Notes: a model not told the origin generated them from the sequence alone. Numbered from the stretch's first letter, positions 28,336 to 38,679 are shown. The stretch is 51,810 nucleotides of DNA from Minisyncoccota bacterium (GCA_021734995.1 JAIPHX010000006.1:1-51810); one strand, 5' to 3'. Translations and numbers: made by a program.

Positions 28336-28758
28336 ATGGATATTCAACAAATAAAAAGAGAAGTAGAGCATTATAAAAACCAAGTACAAATTGTTACAAG
28401 CAAGATTAGTACTTTAAAAAGAAAAGTTGAAGATGTTAAAAGGAAAATATCTACGGAAGAAAATTCTGTTAATTCTGCAAAAAGGGAAATGGATGGTAAA
28501 AAAAGAGAATTAGAACAGAAAGAAAGAGAATTAGAAAGTACTAAAAGGGATTTGGAATCAAAACAAAGAGATTCAAGATCCAAAGAAGTTAGTTTGGAAA
28601 ATGCAAAAAGAGAATTGAGTACAGTAGAAAATGAAATAAAAGCAGAAGAAAATCAATTAAATGGTAGAAAGGGTAGTTTGTCTATGTATGAAAATCAATT
28701 AGTGCAAGCAGAAGCAGAAGAAAAAAGAAAAACAGCAAATACTAGTGTCAGAAAATGA
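28336..28758 (+). CDS. Hypothetical long coiled-coil protein
   Basis: Heptads such as KKRELEQKERELESTKRDLESKQRD. Confidence 0.7.
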   Translation: MDIQQIKREVEHYKNQVQIVTSKISTLKRKVEDVKRKISTEENSVNSAKREMDGKKRELEQKERELESTKRDLESKQRDSRSKEVSLENAKRELSTVENEIKAEENQLNGRKGSLSMYENQLVQAEAEEKRKTANTSVRK

Positions 28759-28794
28759 TTTATATAGTTAAATTGGGTATTTAAATATAATTTT

Positions 28795-29736
28795 TTACTT
28801 CGCATGCAAATGAATATAGATATCTTCTAGTGCTTTGACTCCATCACCTGCCGCGATGTTATTTTGATGATAAAGCACATTGGTGCAATCTCCTGCAGCC
28901 CAGATACCCTCTGTCTCTGTCTTGCTTGTCCAAGGATCTATTTTGATTCTACCTATTTGATCAAGTGGAACAATATCTTTTGCAAAGCTAGTAGCGGGGA
29001 TTTGACCGATCTCTACAAATATTCCTGAAACTTTTAATTCTTTCTCTACATTTTCTTTTTTGTCTTTGTATTTGATACCTTCTACAAATTTTTCTCCAAG
29101 CACTTCTAAAATGTCTGCATTTTTTACAACATTCATTTTTGGATTTTTTAATACTTTTTCTACAGTAACTTCATCTGCACGAAAAGTCTCTTCACGGATA
29201 AAAAGGGTGACAGATTTGCAGTAAGCAAGGAGCTGGGAAGCACTTTCAAAAGCAGCATTTCCTCCACCAATCACAGCCACATCCATATCAGCAAAAATAG
29301 GACCGTCGCAAGAAGCACAGTATGTAAGTCCTTTGTGTTCAAGCTTATCTGCATTTTTGGCAGGGAGTTTGCGTCTTGCGCTACCTGTGGATATTAATAT
29401 AGTCTTTGTAAGATATTCTTGACCGTCATCAGTAGATACTTTGAAAAGATGCTTCTCATCTTTGTCTTCTTCTTTTTGGATATTTTGTACTCGAGATCCT
29501 TCTTTCACTTCCAAAGTGTCACCACTATTGGCTAGAACGTGTTTTTTAAAGTTTTCAGCAAGATCTGCACCAGAAAGGGAAGTTGTCCCAACCCAGTTGT
29601 ATATTTGCTCTGATACAGTACTTTGACCACCCCACTCAGCAGTGATAAAAAGAGTCCGCATTTTTTTGCGAGCAGCATATACAGATGCAGCAGTACCAGC
29701 AGGACCACCACCTAAAATAATTAAATCATATGTCAT
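28795..29736 (-). CDS. trxB: Thioredoxin reductase (TrxB/AhpF-like)
   Basis: LIILGGGPAG, YCASCDG, VIGGGNAA and GIWAAGDCT. ATG 29736 is preferred. Confidence 0.92.
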   Translation of the reverse strand: MTYDLIILGGGPAGTAASVYAARKKMRTLFITAEWGGQSTVSEQIYNWVGTTSLSGADLAENFKKHVLANSGDTLEVKEGSRVQNIQKEEDKDEKHLFKVSTDDGQEYLTKTILISTGSARRKLPAKNADKLEHKGLTYCASCDGPIFADMDVAVIGGGNAAFESASQLLAYCKSVTLFIREETFRADEVTVEKVLKNPKMNVVKNADILEVLGEKFVEGIKYKDKKENVEKELKVSGIFVEIGQIPATSFAKDIVPLDQIGRIKIDPWTSKTETEGIWAAGDCTNVLYHQNNIAAGDGVKALEDIYIHLHAK

Positions 29737-29809
29737 TTTCATATTATACACTAAAAATTATTTTTTTAAATGATCTAAAAAATAGACTTATTTTACTTTT
29801 TAGGATTTA

Positions 29810-29840
29810 AAATCAAACAGCTCTTTTGATAGAGCTGTTG
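29810..29840 (-). terminator. Terminator after ftsZ
   Basis: aacagctct-N6-agagctgtt 9-bp stem with a weak T-tract on the minus strand. Confidence 0.6.
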
Positions 29841-29852
29841 AGGGAAGAGTTT

Positions 29853-31073
29853 TTATTTTTTATTTTTTCTTAAAAAAGCAGGGATTGCACTCCAATCGTC
29901 ACCATCATCTTCAATAACAATTTCTTCAGGTTCTGCTTTCTTTTCAATTACTTTTTCAGTTCTCTCTTGACGCTCTATTCTTTTTGGAAATTCTGGCGCA
30001 TTTTGATTTGCTAAAATACTATTGTGTATTTCTTTTTTTACAATAGCAGGACTTTCATCTTTGACTAAAGTTTTATCTACAGAAGAAGAGGCAGAGAAAA
30101 GAGTCTTACGAGGCATTTCTCCAGCAAAATTTGTAGCGATAACTGTTACTTTTAATTCTCCTTTTTTAGCTTTTTCATCTCTGATTGTTCCAAAGATAAC
30201 TTTTGCATCTTTGTCTATGGATTCTGTGATAACCTTTGCAGCTTCTTTGATTTCGTGAATTGTGATATCGTCTCCACCTGATATAGCAAATAGTACTCCT
30301 TTTGCACCATTGATTGCTACTTCTAATAGGGGGGAATTGATAGCCTGCATTGCTGCGATTTCAGCTCTTTTTTCTCCACCAGCTGTACCAATACCCATAA
30401 GAGCACTACCAGCATTGGACATTACAGCCTTGATGTCTGCAAAGTCTACGTTGATAATCCCAGGAGTTGTGATAAGGTCTGAGATACCTTCTACTGCTTG
30501 TCTTAGGACATTGTCACACTGATTGAAGGCATCTTTTAGATTTACATTTACATCAGAAAGTTCTAGTAACTTGTCGTTGGGGATGACAATAATAGCGTCC
30601 ACTTCACTTGCCAATTCTTCAATGCCTTTCTCAGCAATCTTCATTCTCTGAGCACCTTCAAAGAAAAATGGTTTTGTGGTCACAGCGACAGTAAGTATTC
30701 CTTGCTCTCTTGCAGCTCTAGCTACGATAGGGGCTGCACCTGTGCCAGTACCACCTCCCATACCACATGCGATAAAAAGCATATCAGCACCCTTGATGAC
30801 ATCTTGAATTTCTGCTTTAGTTTCTTCTGCAGCTTTTCTTCCAACTTCTGGATCCATTCCTGCTCCAAGTCCTTTGGTTAGATTTTTTCCAATATGGATT
30901 TTTTTCTCAGCAAGAGAATGATGTAAATCTTGAGTATCAGTATTCATTGCAATGAAAGATACTCCTTTTACTTTAGAGTTGATCATATGGTTCACGGCAT
31001 TTTTACCAGAACCTCCTACGCCCACCACAACTATGCGGGCAAAACTTTCTATTTCAGGGTTTACTTTTGGCAT
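29853..31073 (-). CDS. ftsZ: Cell division protein FtsZ
   Basis: GVGGSG, GGGTGTG tubulin signature, INVDFAD and IPAFLR tail. Confidence 0.99.
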   Translation of the reverse strand: MPKVNPEIESFARIVVVGVGGSGKNAVNHMINSKVKGVSFIAMNTDTQDLHHSLAEKKIHIGKNLTKGLGAGMDPEVGRKAAEETKAEIQDVIKGADMLFIACGMGGGTGTGAAPIVARAAREQGILTVAVTTKPFFFEGAQRMKIAEKGIEELASEVDAIIVIPNDKLLELSDVNVNLKDAFNQCDNVLRQAVEGISDLITTPGIINVDFADIKAVMSNAGSALMGIGTAGGEKRAEIAAMQAINSPLLEVAINGAKGVLFAISGGDDITIHEIKEAAKVITESIDKDAKVIFGTIRDEKAKKGELKVTVIATNFAGEMPRKTLFSASSSVDKTLVKDESPAIVKKEIHNSILANQNAPEFPKRIERQERTEKVIEKKAEPEEIVIEDDGDDWSAIPAFLRKNKK

Positions 31074-31167
31074 ATTTGATTTATCCGCTTTTTGCTTTAT
31101 TGAAGCGAATTTATGATTATTACTTGTATAACCTTTATCATAGCAGAAAAAGCAAAAAAGGGAAGTT

Positions 31168-32331
31168 TTAAGGCATTAGCTGTTTGATACTTGATTTTAT
31201 TGTATTTTTTATATTTTTCCAAAGTCCTGCATAGGAGTTGTTGGAATAGTCATAATTATCTTTTTCTGCATTTAATAAACCAAGAACACAAAACCAAGAA
31301 GGATCTCTGAGCTTTGTTTTGGTGGAGCTATTAAACATTTCTGTGATACCAATACGAGAAGGAAGAGATAATGTATCAGTAGACATTTTTTCTAAATTAT
31401 TTATTTTTGATCCACCTCCAATAAATACAGCTCCAGCAGGAAGAACTTCGTTTCTGTTTACTTTTCTTAAATGTTTGGTTACTACTGTAAAAAAATCAGA
31501 AACTCTCGCTTCTATAATCTCTTCCAATTTTTTTCTTGTTTGGCTGGAGTCCACTCCATTAAAAAGAAAATCTTCTGCTTTTTCTAAAGAGACTTTCATC
31601 CCAAGAGCGATGTCATTTATGACACTAGAAGAGCCAATAGGAAATGTTTGCAAAGAAATCATTTTTTCATTTTCAAAAACACTTACAGTAAGAGTGTGTG
31701 ATCCTATGTTTACTAGTACAGCACCAAGCATTTTGTCTTTTTTGCTTAATACGATATCTGATGCGGAATAGTTTGCAGGTATTATTTCTATAGGTTCAAC
31801 ACCAATCTCAGTCAAAGCATCAAGCAACTTTTCAAAATGTTGACTTGAATAAGTAATAAACAAAGTATCTATTTCAAGCTTAGTACCTTTCATCCCTTCA
31901 GGATCGCCAAGGACTTCCTGCCCATCTAGTTTGAACAAAAGGGGAATAGTCTTGATAATTTTCTTGTTATCAGATTTTAGATTGTTTTCTGCGTCTTCAA
32001 TAGCTTTCTCTATATCTAAAAAAGTAACTTCGCCATCAGCTTTAGATACGATACTGCTTCCAGAACTCTTTTCTCCAAGGAGTGTAAAACCACCAAGAGC
32101 AATAGAAGCTTTTTTAATTTTTAACTCAGAACTTTTTTCTGCCATTTCTACGGCCTTACGAATAGATTCTGAAGCAAGAGAAACATTGGTTATGTATCCG
32201 TGTTTTATTCCTTCGGTATCACTTTCACCCACACCAATAATCTTAGGATTTTTTTCTCCTTTTAATATTTCTGCCACCAGTACTCTGGTCTTGGCTGAGC
32301 CCACTTCTATTCCAATGGAAATATTTCTCAT
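31168..32331 (-). CDS. ftsA: Cell division protein FtsA
   Basis: IGIEVGSAKT, GIKHGYI, VLVNIGS.T, PAGAVFIGGG and C-terminal amphipathic helix; start at MRNISIG (32331). Confidence 0.93.
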   Translation of the reverse strand: MRNISIGIEVGSAKTRVLVAEILKGEKNPKIIGVGESDTEGIKHGYITNVSLASESIRKAVEMAEKSSELKIKKASIALGGFTLLGEKSSGSSIVSKADGEVTFLDIEKAIEDAENNLKSDNKKIIKTIPLLFKLDGQEVLGDPEGMKGTKLEIDTLFITYSSQHFEKLLDALTEIGVEPIEIIPANYSASDIVLSKKDKMLGAVLVNIGSHTLTVSVFENEKMISLQTFPIGSSSVINDIALGMKVSLEKAEDFLFNGVDSSQTRKKLEEIIEARVSDFFTVVTKHLRKVNRNEVLPAGAVFIGGGSKINNLEKMSTDTLSLPSRIGITEMFNSSTKTKLRDPSWFCVLGLLNAEKDNYDYSNNSYAGLWKNIKNTIKSSIKQLMP

Positions 32332-32701
32332 AATATTTTTTTTCCTCTGCTTCCATTCTAGCACTATGTTGCATTCCTTTCAAATGCAACATTCCGTGAA
32401 TAACTAAAAAAAGCAAAAGCTCAGAGTATGTCTTACCAAATTTTTCAGTTTCTGATTTAATTTTTTTTGGACATAGGACAAGTTCTCCATTATTTTTAGA
32501 GAGAGAAAAAGATAAAACATTGGTTGGATTATTTTTCTCTCTATATAGGTAATTTATTTTTTGAGATTCTTTTTCTCCTACAAAAGCAACAGAGAGGGAG
32601 TATTCCTTTCCAAGAATATCTTTTTTTAAAAGCTCAAAAGGCAAGCTTGGGAGCCTGCCTTTTGTTTTGTTTATGATATCTATAGTATCTTCTGAGTACA
32701 T
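32243..32701 (-). CDS. ybeY: rRNA maturation endoribonuclease YbeY
   Basis: YREKNNPTNVLSF and IHGMLHLKGMQH (HxxxHxxGxxH). Confidence 0.92.
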   Translation of the reverse strand: MYSEDTIDIINKTKGRLPSLPFELLKKDILGKEYSLSVAFVGEKESQKINYLYREKNNPTNVLSFSLSKNNGELVLCPKKIKSETEKFGKTYSELLLFLVIHGMLHLKGMQHSARMEAEEKKYYEKYFHWNRSGLSQDQSTGGRNIKRRKKS

Positions 32702-32929
32702 TTAACGAATTTTTCCAAGTTTTCTTAATTTTTCATTTTCTGCTCTTTTCTTTAGATATTTCATTTTGCTTTTCTTTACTTTTAGCTTTGAATCTTTTCT
32801 GACTGCATACCTGTTATTTTTTACTTTTGGAATTACACTGGATTCTTGCATTTTGCGAGAAAAACGACGCAAAATACCCGCGTTGTTTTCATTCCCATTT
32901 TTTGTAACTTCTATTATTACTTTTGCCAT
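32702..32929 (-). CDS. rpsU: 30S ribosomal protein S21 (CPR-type)
   Basis: IEVTKNGNEN..GILRRFSRKMQES; highly basic. Confidence 0.75.
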   Translation of the reverse strand: MAKVIIEVTKNGNENNAGILRRFSRKMQESSVIPKVKNNRYAVRKDSKLKVKKSKMKYLKKRAENEKLRKLGKIR

Positions 32930-33099
32930 ATAGGATATACAATATCATAAAATATATATATAGCAAGAGGGGGGAGTTGTATTCTGCTTCGTGTCTATGT
33001 ATCAGTATATATATAACATGATGTATAGAATTAGAAACTTTTATATTTCTCCCCAAATATTGTGGACTTTTTCTTAAAAAGAATATAAGATAGGCGTAT

Positions 33100-33567
33100 A
33101 TGGATAAAACAGGAAATTATATTACAGCTGAGAAAAAAGAAGCTTTAGAAATAGAGCTTAAAGATCTCAAAGGTGCAAAAAGAAAAGAAATTCTTGATGC
33201 TTTAGAATACGCAAAATCTTTAGGAGACTTATCTGAAAATGCAGAATATCATCAAGCTAGAGAAGACCAAGGAAAGCTTGAAGCTAAGATTGCACACATT
33301 GAATCAGTATTACAATCCGCTATTGTGGTTTCCGGTGGAGGTGGAGATATTGTACAGATTGGTTCAAAAATAGTAGTTAAAAAAACAGGCGACAAAGAAG
33401 ATAAAAATTACATGATCGTCGGTTCAGAAGAAGCAGATATGTCACTAGGAAAGATATCAAACCAATCTCCTCTCGGTACAGCTTTTTTTGGTAAGAAAAA
33501 AGGTGATACTGTAAAAGTAACTACTCCAGGAGGTGAAGTTTCATACAAAATAGTAGAAGTAGCTTAG
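33100..33567 (+). CDS. greA: Transcription elongation factor GreA
   Basis: LGDLSENAEYHQAR and ISNQSPLG. Confidence 0.96.
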   Translation: MDKTGNYITAEKKEALEIELKDLKGAKRKEILDALEYAKSLGDLSENAEYHQAREDQGKLEAKIAHIESVLQSAIVVSGGGGDIVQIGSKIVVKKTGDKEDKNYMIVGSEEADMSLGKISNQSPLGTAFFGKKKGDTVKVTTPGGEVSYKIVEVA

Positions 33568-33590
33568 TTTGTTAACTTGTGTATTTTAAA

Positions 33591-35054
33591 ATGTCATCTA
33601 TAGAAGAAATCAAAGATATTAGATTGAAGAAATTGGAACTTTTAAAAGAAAAGGGTATTAATCCTTTTCCAGCTGAATCTTTTAGAGAGCTTTCTTTAAA
33701 AGAAGTAATTGATTCTTTTGAAAGTCTTCAATCAAGTAGTACACAAAAATGGATTGCTGGAAGAATAATGTCTATCAGAGGACAAGGAGCTATTTTGTTT
33801 GTTACTCTTTTTGATGGCACTGCTTCTTTTCAAGGATTGTTGAAAAAAGATGTATTAGGAGAAGAGACTTTTTCTCTTTTTAACGATACAGTAGATATTG
33901 GAGACTTTGTAGAAATTAAAGGAACTTTTTTTGTTACAAACAGAGGAGAAAAAACAGCAGAGGCACAAGAATGGAGAATGCTGACAAAAACCCTGCTTCC
34001 ACTTCCAGAAAAATGGCATGGTCTTAAAGATATTGAAGAAAGATTTCGTAAAAGATATTTAGATATTTTAGTAGATGGAGAGGTGAGAGATTTACTTGAT
34101 AAAAAAATGAAATTCTGGGAGGTGACTAGAAATTTTATGAAAGAAAAAGGTTTTGTGGAAGTGGAAACTCCTACTTTGGAAGTGACCACAGGTGGAGCAG
34201 AGGCCACTCCTTTTAAGACATACAATGAAGATTTTAAACTTCCAGTATATTTACGAATTTCAGTAGGGGAACTTTGGCAAAAAAGATTGATGTCTGCTGG
34301 TTTTTCAAAAATTTTTGAAATTGGAAAAGTATATAGAAATGAAGGATCAGACCAAAATCATTTACAAGAATTTACCAATATGGAATTTTACTGGGCTTAT
34401 GCAAACTACAAAGACGGTATGGTATTGTCCGAAGAACTTTACCGCACTATTGCTCTCCAAGTATTTGGCAAGACTGATTTTGAAACTCGCGGACATAAGT
34501 TTGACCTTGGAAAAAAATGGGAAGTGATAGATTATAGAGACACCATTAAAAAAGAAACGGGGATAGACGTACTTGATACTACCTATGATGAGATAAAGAA
34601 AAAACTGGATGCCCTAGAGGTGGTATATGATGGTAACACTATGGAAAGACTTGTGGATACTCTTTGGAAATATTGTAGAAGAAAGATTTCAGGTCCTGTC
34701 TTTCTTACAGGACATCCAAAGCTTGTTTCTCCACTTTCTAAATCAATGCCAAGTAATGAAGAATTGACTGAAAGATTCCAGATAATTATTGGAGGGACAG
34801 AGGTAGGAAATGGTTTTTCTGAGTTAAATGATCCTATTGATCAAGCGCAAAGATTTAATGCCCAGCAAGAACTTTTGAAAGCAGGAGACAAAGAAGCAAT
34901 GATGCCTGATTGGGAATTCGTAGAAATGCTAGAGCATGGAATGCCACCTACTTGTGGTTTTGGTTTTGGTGAGATGCTTTTTGCTTTTATGGCTGATAAA
35001 CCAATAAGGGAGACTCAGTTTTTCCCACTAATGAGACCCAAGGGGATAGAATAA
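33591..35054 (+). CDS. lysS: Lysine--tRNA ligase (class II)
   Basis: GGAEATPF, YLRIS.EL, YRNEG..HLQEFT, ERFQ..E.GNGFSELND and GMPPTCGFG. Confidence 0.97.
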   Translation: MSSIEEIKDIRLKKLELLKEKGINPFPAESFRELSLKEVIDSFESLQSSSTQKWIAGRIMSIRGQGAILFVTLFDGTASFQGLLKKDVLGEETFSLFNDTVDIGDFVEIKGTFFVTNRGEKTAEAQEWRMLTKTLLPLPEKWHGLKDIEERFRKRYLDILVDGEVRDLLDKKMKFWEVTRNFMKEKGFVEVETPTLEVTTGGAEATPFKTYNEDFKLPVYLRISVGELWQKRLMSAGFSKIFEIGKVYRNEGSDQNHLQEFTNMEFYWAYANYKDGMVLSEELYRTIALQVFGKTDFETRGHKFDLGKKWEVIDYRDTIKKETGIDVLDTTYDEIKKKLDALEVVYDGNTMERLVDTLWKYCRRKISGPVFLTGHPKLVSPLSKSMPSNEELTERFQIIIGGTEVGNGFSELNDPIDQAQRFNAQQELLKAGDKEAMMPDWEFVEMLEHGMPPTCGFGFGEMLFAFMADKPIRETQFFPLMRPKGIE

Positions 35055-35071
35055 AAAATAGATTTAAAGAC

Positions 35072-35104
35072 AAAAAAAGACTTCATGAAAATGAAGTTTT
35101 TTTT
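35072..35104 (+). terminator. Intrinsic terminator after lysS
   Basis: aaaaaaag-acttcat-gaaa-atgaagt-ttttttt. Confidence 0.8.
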
Positions 35105-35134
35105 GTTTTATATTCATTCGATATGTTTCAATAG

Positions 35135-35143
35135 TTATCCACA
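35135..35143 (+). promoter_or_regulatory. Consensus DnaA box
   Basis: TTATCCACA upstream of mraZ. Confidence 0.55.
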
Positions 35144-35169
35144 CTTTGTGTTTGGCTATATTTTTCAAA

Positions 35170-35205
35170 GTGGTTTATAATGTTAACTAGGTGGGAAAAA
35201 GTGGG
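35170..35205 (+). promoter_or_regulatory. MraZ operator (GTGG repeats, 10-bp period) and -10 element
   Basis: GTGG at 35170 and GTGGG at 35191 and 35201; TATAAT at 35176-35181. Confidence 0.75.
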
Positions 35206-35226
35206 AAATAAATAAAAAACAAAATT

Positions 35227-35673
35227 ATGCTAATCGGAGAATACATTCACACAGTGGACGAAAAAAATAGGATTTCTTTACCGTCCAAATTCAGAAAAGA
35301 AATGGGGAAGTCTGTAGTGATCACTCCTGGGTTAGATAAATGTTTGTTTGTTTTCACTTTAAAAGAATGGGGGAAAGTTTCCAAAAGACTTTCAGACTCT
35401 GATTCAGATTTATCATTCTTATCTGCTGATAAAAGAACATTCAATAGATTTATGTTCGGTAGAGCAGTAGAGGTAGATGTGGATTCAATCGGGAGAGTTT
35501 TAATTCCAGATTTTTTAAAAGAAAGAGCAGGACTTGAAGCAAAAGCAGCTGTAGTGGGAGTAGAAGACAGAGTAGAAATATGGAATGAAAAGGCATGGCT
35601 TGTGTACAGACAAAAAGCAGAAAAAGAAGCTGATGCTTTAGCAGAAAAATTGGCAAATGAAAAAAGAATGTAA
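35227..35673 (+). CDS. mraZ: Transcriptional regulator MraZ
   Basis: MLIGEYIHTVDEKNRISLP..DSIGRVLIP..RVEIW. Confidence 0.97.
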   Translation: MLIGEYIHTVDEKNRISLPSKFRKEMGKSVVITPGLDKCLFVFTLKEWGKVSKRLSDSDSDLSFLSADKRTFNRFMFGRAVEVDVDSIGRVLIPDFLKERAGLEAKAAVVGVEDRVEIWNEKAWLVYRQKAEKEADALAEKLANEKRM

Positions 35674-36620
35674 TGAAAAAAACGATAAAAAAGGATGAGC
35701 AGAAAGAAACAGAGGGTAATGTGCAGGGCAGTGTGTTGGGCGGGGTGCATAAGACAGTTCTTTTAAAAGAAACAATAGACGGTCTAAATCTTTCAGGAAA
35801 TGAAATTGTGCTTGATGCTACTTTTGGAGGTGGTGGACACGCAAAAGAAGCATTAAATAGATTTCCAAAGATAAAATGTATAGCTTTAGACCAAGACATA
35901 GATGCATGGCGTAGATTTGAAAATAAAAGCTTAGATATATCTTTTCATAATCTAAATTTTAGATATTTAGATGAAGCTTTAAAGAAAGAAGAAGTTCGCC
36001 AAGTAGATGGAGTGATATTTGATTTTGGACTTAGTTCAGATCAATTTGAAACTTCTGGTAGAGGATTTTCTTTTATGAAAAATGAACCACTTTTCATGAC
36101 AATGAAAGAAAATCCTTCCTCGGAAGATTTAACCGCTGAGGATGTAGTCAATGATTGGAGTGAAGAAAGCCTTACCAAGATAATCTTTGGTTATGGTGAA
36201 GAAAAATTTGCTCGAAGAATTGCTAGGGGGATTGTACAAGCAAGAGAAAAAGGAAGATTAAAAAATACCTTTGATCTTGTCCAAGCAATAGAGGAATCAG
36301 TGCCTGCTATATACAAGAAAGGAAGATTACATTTTGCTACCCGTACATTTCAAGCAATCAGAATAGCAGTCAATGATGAACTTGGAGCTATTAGTGAGGC
36401 ATTACCAAAAGCCTTTGATGCTTTAAAAAGAGAAGGCAGAATGTCAGTTATAAGTTTTCATAGTTTGGAAGATAGAATTGTAAAAAGATTTTTTAAGAAA
36501 ATGGCAGAGGATGGTCTTGCAAAGATAATTACAAAAAAGCCATTATCTGCAAGTGAAATAGAATTAAAAGAAAATCCAAGAGCAAGAAGTGCAAAATTAA
36601 GAATAATTGAAAAAATATAA
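35673..36620 (+). CDS. rsmH: 16S rRNA m4C1402 methyltransferase RsmH
   Basis: HKTVLL, DATFGGGGH, DFGLSSDQ, RGFSF, SFHSLEDR and NPRARSAKLR. An alternative GTG start lies at 35745. Confidence 0.97.
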   Translation: MKKTIKKDEQKETEGNVQGSVLGGVHKTVLLKETIDGLNLSGNEIVLDATFGGGGHAKEALNRFPKIKCIALDQDIDAWRRFENKSLDISFHNLNFRYLDEALKKEEVRQVDGVIFDFGLSSDQFETSGRGFSFMKNEPLFMTMKENPSSEDLTAEDVVNDWSEESLTKIIFGYGEEKFARRIARGIVQAREKGRLKNTFDLVQAIEESVPAIYKKGRLHFATRTFQAIRIAVNDELGAISEALPKAFDALKREGRMSVISFHSLEDRIVKRFFKKMAEDGLAKIITKKPLSASEIELKENPRARSAKLRIIEKI

Positions 36621-36974
36621 ATGAAAAAAACCAGCTTAAAAATAAAAAGAGAATTCGCTACAGCTACCGCTATTACCAACGGCGATTTGCAAGGCAGAAT
36701 TTTAAAATCTCTTCTAGCTGGTATATGTATTTTAGTTGTCTGCTATGTATTTTTTGTTAGTAAGGTAGTTTTTAATATAGCTGAAAGAAAATCTTTAGAG
36801 GCTGAAGCTAGGATGTTGGCAAATGAAGTAAGCGAGCTTGAATTGGTATATTTACAAGAATCAGAAAAAATAGATTTAACATATTCACTATCAATGAATT
36901 TCAAAGAAGCTTTTCCTGAATACGTAACTCGAAAACCTCTTGGTAGTATAGCTCTTTTGAAAAATGAAATTTAA
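36621..36974 (+). CDS. ftsL: FtsL-like cell division protein
   Basis: Lies between rsmH and ftsI; one TM followed by a coiled coil. Confidence 0.65.
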   Translation: MKKTSLKIKREFATATAITNGDLQGRILKSLLAGICILVVCYVFFVSKVVFNIAERKSLEAEARMLANEVSELELVYLQESEKIDLTYSLSMNFKEAFPEYVTRKPLGSIALLKNEI

Positions 36975-38679
36975 AAATCTTTTTCCAAGAGAAAGAATAA
37001 TTATTTTTGTTATTTTAATTGCTTCGGCAGTACTCCTGTCCAAGCTTTTTTTGTTGCAGATAGTGCATTCTGAGTCTTATATAGAAAAAGCAGATAGGCA
37101 ATACCTTACCCCTTCTACAAATATTTTTGAACGAGGAACTATTTATTTTTCTAGAAAAGATGGAGAATTAGTCTCGGCTGCGATTCAAAATACTGGATAC
37201 AAGCTAGCAGTAAATCCAAATATTGTCTCAGTCAATAGTGCTGAGGTATATAAAAAATTATCTTCTATTATATTATTAGACGAAAAATCTTTTTTAGAAA
37301 AAGCAAATAAAAAAAATGATCCATATGAAGAGATTGCCAATCGCTTGAACAAAAAAGAAGCAGACGCTATTTCAGAATTGAAGATTTCAGGAGTGCATTT
37401 ATCTAGAGAAAAATGGAGATTTTATCCAGCAAATGAATTGTCTGCTCAAACTCTTGGTCTTGTAGGATACAAAGGAGATGAGCTTGGGGGTAGATATGGG
37501 CTTGAAAGAGAATATGAAGATGTTTTGACCAGAAAAGAAGATAATACATACAACAATTTTTTTGCAGAAGTTTTTTCAGGTCTTAGTGAAACCCTTTTTT
37601 CAGATGAGAAAAAAAATGGAGATATTGTCACTACTATAGAGCCTATAGTACAAGGTTTAATAGAAAAAACTTTATCAGAAGTAAAAGAAAAATACAGAGT
37701 TGATTCTATCGGTGGAATAATAATGGATCCTAAGACTGGAGCAATCTATGCAATGGCGACACTTCCTTCTTTTGATCCAAATAATTTTTCTAAAACTGGT
37801 TCTAATGATGTGTATGGTAACCCTTTAGTTGAAAATGTCCTTGAGTTTGGCTCAGTTATAAAGCCTTTAGTAGTAGCAGCTGGTCTTGATACCGGAGTGA
37901 TTAAAGCAGATACAAAATATGATGATAAAGGATCTGTATGGGTGGAAAAAAAAGAAATTTTTAATTTTGATAAAAAAGCTAGAGGGGTAGTCACTATGCA
38001 AGAAGTATTAAATCAATCTTTGAATACAGGTATGGTTTTTATTTATAAAAAGTTAGGTAAAAATAATATTCGCGACTATCTTTTATCATATGGAATTAAA
38101 GAAAAGACAAATATAGATTTACCAAATGAAACGAGTGGTCTTGTATCCAATCTAAATAGTCCAAGAGATATTGAATATGCGAACGCTTCTTTTGGGCAAG
38201 GTATTGCCCTTACCCCCGTAGAGCTAATACGAGCGTTAGCATCGTTATCAAATGATGGAATACTTGTAACACCTCATCTTGTAGACAGGATAAGATATGA
38301 AGGTGGTAGGGAAGAAAAGCTTCAATATCCTACAGTTAAGTCCAAAATCAGTCTAGAAACCTCTGAAGAAATAAGTAGAATGCTTGTAGGGGTAATGGAT
38401 CAGGCCTTGAAAAGTGGAAATGCAAAATTGGATAGATATAGTATTGCAGTAAAAACAGGAACTGCTCAGGTTGCAGATAATAAAAATGGAGGTTATTATA
38501 AGGATAGGCATACACATTCGTTTTTTGGTTATTTCCCTGCATATGATCCAAAGTTTATAATATTGTTGTATGCAACAAATCCAAAAGGTTCGCCATATGC
38601 TTCTACTACTTGGGCTGATCCATTTATGAGTATGGCAAAATTTTTAATTAATTATTATGATGTCCCACCAGACAGATAA
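36964..38679 (+). CDS. ftsI: Class B penicillin-binding protein
   Basis: RGTIY, RFYP, FGSVIK (SxxK), SLN, FGQG and KTGTAQ. Confidence 0.92.
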   Translation: MKFKNLFPRERIIIFVILIASAVLLSKLFLLQIVHSESYIEKADRQYLTPSTNIFERGTIYFSRKDGELVSAAIQNTGYKLAVNPNIVSVNSAEVYKKLSSIILLDEKSFLEKANKKNDPYEEIANRLNKKEADAISELKISGVHLSREKWRFYPANELSAQTLGLVGYKGDELGGRYGLEREYEDVLTRKEDNTYNNFFAEVFSGLSETLFSDEKKNGDIVTTIEPIVQGLIEKTLSEVKEKYRVDSIGGIIMDPKTGAIYAMATLPSFDPNNFSKTGSNDVYGNPLVENVLEFGSVIKPLVVAAGLDTGVIKADTKYDDKGSVWVEKKEIFNFDKKARGVVTMQEVLNQSLNTGMVFIYKKLGKNNIRDYLLSYGIKEKTNIDLPNETSGLVSNLNSPRDIEYANASFGQGIALTPVELIRALASLSNDGILVTPHLVDRIRYEGGREEKLQYPTVKSKISLETSEEISRMLVGVMDQALKSGNAKLDRYSIAVKTGTAQVADNKNGGYYKDRHTHSFFGYFPAYDPKFIILLYATNPKGSPYASTTWADPFMSMAKFLINYYDVPPDR

